From the NCBI RefSeq assembly GCF_006345805.1, contig NC_043001.1, forward strand, positions 59,148,001-59,212,000: a stretch of DNA of 64,000 nucleotides. The letters run 5' to 3'. Shown here one piece after another: positions 54,515 through 64,000 of this stretch; the first letter of the stretch is position 1; each line of letters opens with the position of its first letter. The notes under the pieces are model-generated. The model did no database searches and was not told the origin of the DNA. It worked only from the letters and a program-made list of their open reading frames with translations. A program made the position numbers and the translations under genes. Source of the stretch: Octopus sinensis. Taxonomy: Eukaryota.

Positions 54515-55716
54515 CTTGGGTTGGATAAAATAATGGAAACACCTAAAAATTTCAAACTAATTCATTTTAATATCGGTTAGGGCCGCCTTTGGCAGTAACT
54601 ACAGCTCGAATTCTATTCGGTATGGACTCGTACAAAATTTGAATTGTTTCCAAAGCAATATTTGCCTTTCTTCAGCTAAAACGGTCTAAAGTTCTGGTAG
54701 TGATGATGGGGGAGGATATCAACTCCTTACTTGTTTTTCTAAAATGCACGTTCAATAAAATTGAGGTCTGGAGACTGGTAGCCAGATAATATGTTCAGCT
54801 TCACTAGAATGTTCCTCGTGCCATTCAGTAGTAACTTTAGCTATGTGAATTGGTGCATTATCATCCTCAAAAATTGCGTTTCCCTCCGGATACAGTTCCG
54901 CAATCATAGGAAGAATTTGATCAGATAAAATGCTTAAATAGTCTTGATTATTAATTCTGCCATGAAGGGAAGCCATTGGGCCGGCGGATTTCCAAGATAT
55001 AGCGACTCCAAATCACACAGATCCTCCTCCATGTTTCACAGTTGGAAGAATGCAGTCTGGGTCAAATGCTTCTTTTGGCTGTCTCCACACGTATACTCGG
55101 CTTGTGGTCTGAAATAAGGTAAAGGATGACTCGTCCTAGAAAATAATATTCTTCCACTGCTCTAGAGACCAATTCTGTAGATTTCTACTCCACTCTAAAC
55201 GCTTTGCAATATTTGTTTTTGAAAGTAGTCGTTTTCTGATTGCAGCCCTCCTGGGAAATCCGGCTTTGTGCAGTCCCCGACGAACAGTTTTTTGTGGAAA
55301 CTGGATTCTCGAGGTCGTCATTAAGCTCTGCAGTAATTTTGGGAGCTATACTTTTGTACCCTTTCTAACAATTCACGTAAGCATCCGACGGTCCCTATCT
55401 GAAAGTTTTAGTTTTCTTCAGGACTTTTGTGTCGACGAGGAGGTATTTCCCTCTTTCTCAAAAGCTGTCATTACTTTTTAGACAGTATTTCTTGATACGA
55501 GCACTAACAATTTGATCTCTTTGTAAACCTGATCGTTCTGTCATTTTAATACATTCGAATTACCTTTTTCTGATGATATCTGAAAAGAAACATCAGTTAT
55601 AGCAAAACATTAAGCAACACTGATAATAAATCAAAAAACATTTTGACGGTTTTATAGATATTTCAAAATTATGATGCTATGATGTTAGGTGTTTCTATTA
55701 TTTTGTCCAACCGCTG
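54515..55716 (-). mobile_element. Tc1-family transposon, decayed
   Basis: TIRs c(t/a)(t/g)(g/c)ggttgga(t/c)aaaataat(g/a)gaaacaccta at both ends. Minus translation RRGLHKAG..RKRLLSKTNIAKRLEW, IF*DESSF, VKHGGGSV and FEDDNAPIH. Confidence 0.9.
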
Positions 55717-55780
55717 TGCATATATATATATATATATATAAAATTTATATTTATTAATTAATTGTTCTATTGTATTTTTA

Positions 55781-55863
55781 ACCTGATGAGCGACTATATT
55801 TATATGCAAGTGATTTCTCTACTACTATAACCATTTCTTAAATATAGCAGCGAAACACGTGTC
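55781..55863 (+). ncRNA. Hammerhead core with a long stem II; stem I not evident
   Basis: CTGATGA (55783-55789). Stem II GC..CTATATTTA / TAAATATAG..GC. GAAAC-ACGT-GTC with palindromic stem III. No complement to the 5' stem I strand after GUC. Confidence 0.5.
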
Positions 55864-56109
55864 TTTTTTCTACCTATTATATACATTATATTATTTTTGT
55901 AATTTACTTAATCTTTACCTTTTAATTCTTATTCTAATTTTAACTTTTCTATTATATGTAATTTTCTAGATGGTGTAATTTAATTATTCATTTTGAATTG
56001 ATAAAAGGTGTTTTTTTCTAATATTTTATATGTATATTATATTGTGTGGAATTTGATTTAGTATTTCTAAATTGAATTCTTTTTCCTTGTAAGTTTGGAT
56101 TTTATTCCC

Positions 56110-56312
56110 TCAAATAATAATTATATATATATACGCATTTTTTTTCTCTCCTTGTTTCTCTCCTTGTTTCTTTTCTGTGTATCTTTCTGTCGAAGAGCGT
56201 ATGCTCGAAACGTAAAAGACTTGTTCTATTTCTATTCCTGAGCACCATACTAATACATTTGCTTGTTTGTACTCCACCTGCCTTCGTCTTTTGTTTATTT
56301 TCGTAAACTTCC
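56110..56312 (+). mobile_element. Penelope-like terminal remnant, family H1, ending in (TA)n
   Basis: Best-preserved copy of the family. Flanked by AT microsatellite. Confidence 0.62.
56182..56219 (+). ncRNA. Hammerhead-like motif with variant core (U6 plus extra A)
   Basis: TCTTT-CTGTCGA-A-GAGC-GTAT-GCTC-GAAA-CGTA-AAAGA. Perfect 5-bp stem I, 4-bp stem II and palindromic ACGT stem III. Confidence 0.55.
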
Positions 56313-56323
56313 AGTTATATATA

Positions 56324-56367
<44 letters not shown>

Positions 56368-56469
56368 TATATATATTATATATATATATGTATGTATATA
56401 TGTATTTATGTATGTATGTATGTATGTATGTATGTATGTATGTATGTATCTTTTTATAATCACACACAC

Positions 56470-56653
56470 ACACACATACGCGCGCGCGCATATGCGACAG
56501 GCTGCTTTCAGTTTTCTGCTACCAAATCCACTCACAATGTTTTAATCTCTCCGGGGTTTACCAGAAGACACCTTAGTAATGTGTCACACAGTGTGACTGA
56601 ACCCGAGAGCATGTGTCTAGGAAGCAAACCTCGTATCCCACACAGCTACGCCT
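56470..56653 (-). mobile_element. SINE family B, 5' half
   Basis: Contains ctttcagttttctgctaccaaatccactcacaa and the head ..ccacacagctacgcc. Confidence 0.75.
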
Positions 56654-58232
56654 GCATCTGTTAATGATTTTGTTGGGGGTTTTTTGTAGCTTGCTGTATT
56701 TTGAAAATTTGTGTCAATTTTGTATGTTAATTCTTCATGTTTTATACAAAAGTTTTGATTTTCTTAATACGAATCAAATCTATGAAGTGTCTCACTTTTC
56801 AAACCTCCACACTTGCCATCCTTTGACTATGAAGATGTAATAGAACGTGATAATATTTTGAATAGGACTAATGGATTTTCAAATGGAAAACTATTTCACA
56901 TAAGTTATTTACCCGGACGCGTGATTGAGAACCACATTGTTACAGAAAGGAAAGCATGTCATTATGCCAAGAATTAATCTGAGACCTTCTGACACAAATC
57001 TGCCTTTCACCATTACACGATTAAAGGTCCAAGTTCAAGTGTCTTTCGCAATGACAGTTAATAAATCTCAATATCACGTATGAAGTAAACTAGATCCGTT
57101 CTTTCCAGCTGATCAGTTTGCACATTTGCAATTGTGTATTGCTTTCTTAAGAATTACACTGGATGCTGCATGACTGGAAAAATTTACAACAGTATATATA
57201 CTGAACTTCAACATTGTCGAAATAATTTGTGTTGTTTGGTGTTATGGTAGAAATATTTATCATTTATATTCAGGGTTTCTTTTTAACACGTAACTTATAA
57301 TGTACATCTATAATTGCCAGATTAAAACAATGTGTATTTCGTTTCTAATCCATTTTTGTTTGGCTGTTTGCAGCGGGTGTTATGCATAGTATTACCATGG
57401 TTGTATTGTGAATGTCTCAGTTTCATTAATCGTTACTCTTGAAAGAATTTGTGTCATAGGTGGATATAGTATGTATATGTTCACCTTTTGAGATAGGAAT
57501 ATAATGTCATATCTGCTGTGTTAATGTGTTAAGGAGTAACAGGATTAGCACTGCCTTCTTTTTCTAGCAAAACGAGCTACCATGTACATATAACCAATAG
57601 TGTTTCCAAACTTCGATTTGAGATAAATTCCACAATGTAATCAGAATCATTTGCAGATGATCTAGCAAATATCCTTAACAGTTCTGTGGACTAATTCAAC
57701 GTGAAATAAAGAGCAGTAAGCCCGGAAATTTATGAATTTGTTATATTTTCCACTGCTTCAGTGTAGCGCCGCTACTAGTATAAATTCACATTACAGTTTC
57801 TTTCCACTCTTATTTCGTTATAACTAAATTTAGGATGACAGTTTCAACCATTATAAAGTAAAATCCCCTTATCAAAATATATTTGCTTTAAAAGTTAAGA
57901 AGTAAATACAGGTCAATGAAAGGTAGAAAATAAATTTTAGTGTGAATGACACTTAGCAATAGGTTTGAAGTTAGAGAGCTGCATTGCATAACCTTTTTCT
58001 ATGTTTGAAAGACTAGTGGGTAAAAGGGGTGAATTGATTGTGCGTTGGGTAATTTAACTCAAACACTTGTAATTGGGTAACATATGCACAAAATTTGTTA
58101 AAACAATAGTAAAATTAAGTCTATCCTCTAAGACAAGAACATCTATCAACAACTTTTCTCACAGTTTCCGATTACAAACATTAATTTTACAAATTAAATT
58201 TTATAACTGAAGGAGTCATTGTTGAGCTAAGA

Positions 58233-58799
58233 CTATAGAAGAAGTAATTTATTCATACTTCTATGAATAGGTCCTGAAAATACATGGATTCGAAACAAAC
58301 TTCTTGACAACATTGCCTTACCAACGACCTTAGATTTGAATGTGAATTCTATTTCATGGGATCCTAAGCATTGTACCTTTGGATTTGCATTGTCTGTATG
58401 ACTATATATGGAGCCATGCTGTTCGTGACTTTCCGGTATTCTGAACATTGAATAAAGCATTTGTAAGACGTTGCAACTTTACAGAAGAAGTTACGGACAC
58501 AGTAAGCGCAGTGACATTCATGCTGCAATCACGAGGATTCAGTTTTGACTTCATAGCCCAGCAATCTGTGAAAGAGTTTCTTTTATTATCATTGAGACAG
58601 CCCAAATCTACTTTGTCGGCAAGCGGAATTTGTATCAATGCCCTATTGATGGAATCTATCTGATATTTGTTGGAAGACTTAATACTACTCCCATTTTAAC
58701 AGTATTAGACGGCCCTTAATGTATTTAATGATATCCAGTATGTTGTAAGCATTCAAGCCTGGGGAAAATTCTTCACCAGTCATGAAGGCTGCTACATTT
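58233..58799 (-). pseudogene. Unidentified coding-like segment (possible decayed or frameshifted host exon)
   Basis: Acceptor-like ttttcatttcatattcAG| at 58800. Three successive open frames follow: NVAAFMTGEEFSPGLNAYNILDIIKYIKGRLILL, NGSSIKSSNKYQIDSINRALIQIPLADK..AWLHI and ..NANPKVQCLGSHEIEFTFKSK... No family recognised. Confidence 0.25.
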
Positions 58800-60138
58800 C
58801 TGAATATGAAATGAAAATTATCTTATGAAAGAAAAGTCACAAACTTTCGGTAAACTATTTATTGTAGCGGCTTAACTGGTTGTGAAGTAATCCATCACAC
58901 ACAAAGCTGTAAGTTTTCATTTTATTTTATTGTATAATGGATTGCTTCGCCAGTTTATAAAATACAAACTGGTTTCAGAAAACGGGAGAAAAGCAGCATA
59001 AAAACCGTTTATATACCGCCATCTAGCTGAAAAAAAAAGGGAAGAAAATATCATGTTCTAATCCATCAAAGAAGCTAGGTGTTTGTGTAAAAGTCGCTGA
59101 TGCATTGAGTCTACAAGCTAAAAACTTGTAGGGTTTAGGCGATGTGTCTGCCACGCGTTTTCTCAAAACTGAACTTCATACACTTAGATTATACAGTAAG
59201 TGGCAATCGTTAAATAAATGGTGTATTTCTGACAGTTAATTCCAATGAAAGCTCATCATCCCCTTTTTACAATAATTGATTAAGCAGCTAGCTCCAAAGT
59301 TATCAAAAATTACACACGATGTGGATTTTCAGTAAAAATTCATAACCAAAAAGATACTGATATTGTTAGTAAAAACTGCAAACGTTACTTTGTAATAGAA
59401 ATATATGGTGTCTTTCTCAGTTGTGCAATGCAAAATTGTGTTAATATTCAACACGCTAACATCTATCAAATAAATAAAAAAATGGTTATTCCCATATATG
59501 ACTCGAGGATATACGTGACATGCTATCAGCAGTCTATAAAGGAAACATCAATAAGAAAATGATGTTTCTAATCAACTACAATCCATCAACCGTAAATATT
59601 AATATATTATCTTTTCAGAAAGTAACGAATAAACTAGTTCTCAGACAAAATCATACCGGCATGCATACAGACACACACATATCTCTCCATCTGTCTTTGT
59701 AGGCATATCAAATGTATGTGTGGATGTTTGTATGTATGTATACATGATAATATCGAACAGTGGAAATGGGTGCTCAAAACTGCATGGTTAGATGAACATT
59801 CTATATTTGTGGGTTAACAAAACTACCAAAGATTACGTGTAGCACATTTGAACAATTGGAAGCGTTGTTGAACCGTAAAAAAATATATACATACATACAT
59901 ACAAAAACATATATATATATACAATTTCCTGTGAATGTGTGTCTTCCTTTGTTTTGTTTTTTTTTTTTTTTTTGCTGAGTGAGTGGCCATTACGTTGCTT
60001 CTGTCTGCTGGATTACCTATGTATGTATACATATAATTAAACAGTTTTTCGCCCCTTATTTCTGACCGTAACAATATACGTTGTCATAGAACAATATATG
60101 TAGGTGCGTGTATGAATATATGTACAAAGTACGCTTAT

Positions 60139-60169
<31 letters not shown>

Positions 60170-60357
60170 ATATAAAGATATATGTATATATTCATATATA
60201 TATATAAAGAGATATATATGTTCATATATATATATATATATATATGTTATATAATATATATATATATATATACATATATACTTATATACGTATATATACA
60301 CACATACAGATACATACAAACATGTATATATATATATGTATGTATGTATGTAGTATG

Positions 60358-60388
<31 letters not shown>

Positions 60389-60944
60389 TGCTCTGTAGCT
60401 CATAAATGTTTTTTGCAGAAATAGCAATGATTTGCATGCCAAAGGAAATACTGACATCTAAACGTCTACGGGAAAAATTATTTCATTCGTAACTTCCATA
60501 AAAGGAAAATAACTAATAAGCAATATTTCCTAATCGCCTGTTACTACTTTGGCAGTACTGGTGAGCTTCTGAATTGTCAACAGTTTATTACATCATTTCA
60601 AAATCGCAGTCGCCTCATGATGTGATTATAATTATGATCTTCCTTTAAAGTAGACATGTAATTTCTATGTTTGCACTTTAAGTACAGGGTTTGATAAGGG
60701 AGGAATATATATTTAGTTTGCACCATTTCGAAGTTTTTATAGGTTAGCTCAATATCTCACAAATATTGTCAAAACAGATGAGAAAGTGACGTTTATTTGA
60801 GGATAAAACGGAGAAAGAACTGAACAAGATTGAAGAAAATATAAATTGATAAGTAGTCGATGGAAGTGTAGATAGGCATGTATATGCGTTTGTGTGTGAG
60901 AGAGAGAGTGAGATAGAGTGTGCATGTGTGTGAGTGTATGTGTT

Positions 60945-61146
60945 TATGTCACTGTGGTAAGAATTTTGTTTCCCAACCACATGGGTTCCGGATTCAATAC
61001 CACAGCGGTGCAACTTGAGCAAAAGACTTCTACTGTAGCCTCGGGCCGACCGAAACATTCAGAGATAATTTCCTATATGGAAACTGAAAGAAGCCCGTCG
61101 TACATATGAATATATATATATACATATATATACATATATGTATACA

Positions 61147-61190
<44 letters not shown>

Positions 61191-61415
61191 ATGTATGTAT
61201 ATGTATATATTTGTGTGTCTGTGTTTGTCCACATGATCGTTTGAAAAACCGATGTTGGTGTTTTTATGTCCACGTAACACGACGGTTCGGCGAAAGAGAC
61301 CGATACAAAAATAAGTACTAGGCTTACAAAGAATAAGTCTTGGACTCTATTTGTTCGACTAAAGGCGGTACGTGACCGCAGTTAAATGACTGAAACAAGT
61401 AAAAGAATAAAAGAA
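60945..61415 (+). mobile_element. SINE family B with internal microsatellite
   Basis: Same head and tail as 10692-11143. Confidence 0.85.
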
Positions 61416-61421
61416 TATATA

Positions 61422-61805
61422 TTCTTTGTACTCTAGGCACAAGGAACGAAATGTTGGAGAAAAGGGCAAATTATTAGACCGACTCCAGTACGAAACAGGT
61501 ACCTAATTTATCGACCCCGAAAGGATGAAAGGCAAAGTCGACCTCGGCGGAATTTCAACTCAGAACATAAATACAGACGAAATACATATTTCTTTACTAC
61601 CCACAAGGCGCTAAACACAGAGAGGATAAACAAGGACAGACAAACGAATTAAGTCGATTATATCGACCCCAGTGCGTAACTGGTACTTATTTAATCGACC
61701 CCGAAAGGATGAAAAGCAAAGTCGACCTCGGTGGAATTTGAACTCAGAATGTAACGGCAGACGAAATACCGCTAATCATTTTGCCCGGCGTGCTAAAGTT
61801 TCGCC
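61422..61805 (-). mobile_element. SINE family A, dimeric form
   Basis: Same two-core structure and junction (gaaatac.tatttctttactaccc) as 521-915. Confidence 0.85.
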
Positions 61806-61829
61806 TACTTATAAAATAATATATATTGG

Positions 61830-61998
61830 TGGGGCACTACATCTAGGTTTTTAGTCGAACAGGTCAACCTCAGAGCTTGTTTTTTAAATCTCATACTTAT
61901 ATCAGTTACTTTTGCTGAACCGCTAAGTTACGTTGGTCGTAAAGACACTACCACCGTCTGTCAGGTGGTAGAAGGAAATAGACATACAAACACACTCA

Positions 61999-62065
<67 letters not shown>

Positions 62066-62218
62066 ACACATATATGTGTTACTCCCTTCTTACTCCACTT
62101 GCAAAGCCTTTGCCGGGCCGTGACTATGGTACAAGACATTGGAAAACGTGCCATGCAGTAGATCTGAGCCCGGAACCATTTCGCTGAGAGGCAAGCTTCC
62201 TGCTACACAGCTGCGGCA
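61830..62218 (-). mobile_element. Old SINE family B copy with internal (CA)n
   Basis: Head remnant ..cttcctgctacacagctgcggc. 3' part ..gctgaaccgctaagttacg. Confidence 0.65.
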
Positions 62219-62269
62219 CACTTCTGCACTAAATTTAAATGTATAGAAAGCAAAAGACAGAGGCAGCTC

Positions 62270-62400
62270 ATGGTACAACAACAAAGGTGTATTAGTTGGA
62301 CGTTCAGGAAAAATTGAAAAGTCGTTGACGTTTCCAGCCTATGCTCTTCAACAGAAAAGCAAAAAGAAAAGAAACAGGAAACGTAGAATGAAAACAAAGC
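62270..62400 (-). mobile_element. Penelope-like terminal remnant, family H1 (variant hammerhead at 62322-62360)
   Basis: Minus strand TTTT-CTGTTGA-A-GAGC-ATAG-GCTG-GAAA-CGTC-AAC. Confidence 0.55.
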
Positions 62401-62493
62401 GCATCTGAATTGATAGCTACATAGTAATATATTTATACGTACATACATACATACATACATACATACATACTACATACATACATACATACATAC

Positions 62494-62624
<131 letters not shown>

Positions 62625-62854
62625 GCAATAAAAATGGTAAATAACCAACAATTATTTACCGGTAAATTTCGGTATGTAAATACGACAAATTAATTGTCAG
62701 GACCTTTGTAAGGTTCACTATATAGTAAAGTAAATAAGATGGCTAGCAGCAGGCTGTTTCGCCTCGTACCGAAGGAATTAGAAATGGCAGTCAAAGACCG
62801 TTTTTTTTCCATTTTCTATAAGTGGAGATTCCAAAAACGAAGGCCCTTGCGGCT

Positions 62855-64000
62855 CACATACACACATACATACATACACACACATACACACACATATACG
62901 CACATACACATATACATACACACATGCACACACACACACACACATACATACGCACATTCATGCATACATGCATACATACACACACATACACACATACACG
63001 CATGTACACATACATACATACACACACACACACACGCATGCACACATACATACATACACACACACACATACATACATACATACATACATACATACATACA
63101 CACACACACTTCCACACATACACACATACATACATACACACACACACATACATACACACATACATACATACATACATACATACACACATACATATACACA
63201 TATACACATACACATACTTACATACACTCATACGTACACACATACACGCAGACATACACACATACACACTCACACATACATACATACACACACACATACC
63301 TACACACACTCTCGCATGCACGCGCACACACATGCATGCGCGCGCGCTCACATACATACATGCATGCACGCATGCCTGTGGGTTCTGGCTTTATCTCGGG
63401 TTCGTCTCTGGGCCGGCGCATTGTGCCTGGGGTTTCTCTTGCGCCTATCACCGCAGGAGTTTTTTCCATCATCCCTTCAGTTGCGAAGTGTGTCCTTGCA
63501 TGCATATATATACACACATATAAACATATAAACACACAAATAATACCCCTACATTTTGTACACAGACGCACATACATACATACATTTACTCCCACGCACT
63601 TACACACACACATTTACATATATATATACAATACACGGACACACACTTACACACGTACAAACACACACGAATTCACATACACACCGACACATATACATAC
63701 ACACAACATATACCTCCACGCGCACGCACACATGCACATACGTACACACATATAAGCACAGACACACACATACATACGCACACCAAAACATGCGCACACA
63801 TACGCACGCACATATACATACATGCACACAATTATACATATACGCACATATAAGCACACACACACACATACACTTAGTTAAGCACAATTACTCGCCATAC
63901 ACACCAAAAAACGCACACGTACACAGACACCTACTACAACAAAACACACACACGAGACATATACACGCACACACACATTCCTCCCTGTTTTCTGACCTGC
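62855..64000. repeat. (CA)n/(CATA)n microsatellite mosaic
   Basis: Directly visible. Explains the His/Thr/Tyr-rich ORFs. Confidence 0.92.

Noticed and set aside
62740-62800. Minus-strand GGCGAAACAGCC hammerhead-like remnant
   Set aside because: Core and cleavage triplet are not recoverable.
63375-63495. GC-rich ~120-bp unique insert inside the (CA)n mosaic, flanked by GCATGC
   Set aside because: The flanking 6-mer is common in the local repeat; no splice signals or motif, probably a TE scrap.

Overview
AT-rich eukaryotic genomic DNA, densely packed with microsatellites and decayed transposons. The SINE, LINE and Penelope repeat families resemble those of octopod cephalopods (inference from memory, not a database hit). 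I find no intact, recognisable host gene, and no rRNA, true tRNA or CRISPR array. Supported content: (i) a three-level nest, with a GC-rich CR1/L2-group LINE inside a non-autonomous Helitron inside a mariner (1842-5662); (ii) a second Helitron; (iii) Tc1/mariner elements; (iv) L1/Tx1-like, R4/HERO-like and CRE-like LINE remnants; (v) three families of tRNA-derived SINEs; (vi) many Penelope-like (PLE) terminal remnants sitting next to (TA)n tracts and carrying type I hammerhead ribozyme motifs. The most interesting signals are the hammerheads. A 318-bp near-perfect inverted repeat holds two opposed canonical hammerheads. A multi-copy family fits a non-canonical hammerhead core (CUGUYGA plus an extra A). 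Several repeat-free islands read as decayed coding sequence on the minus strand but could not be identified.
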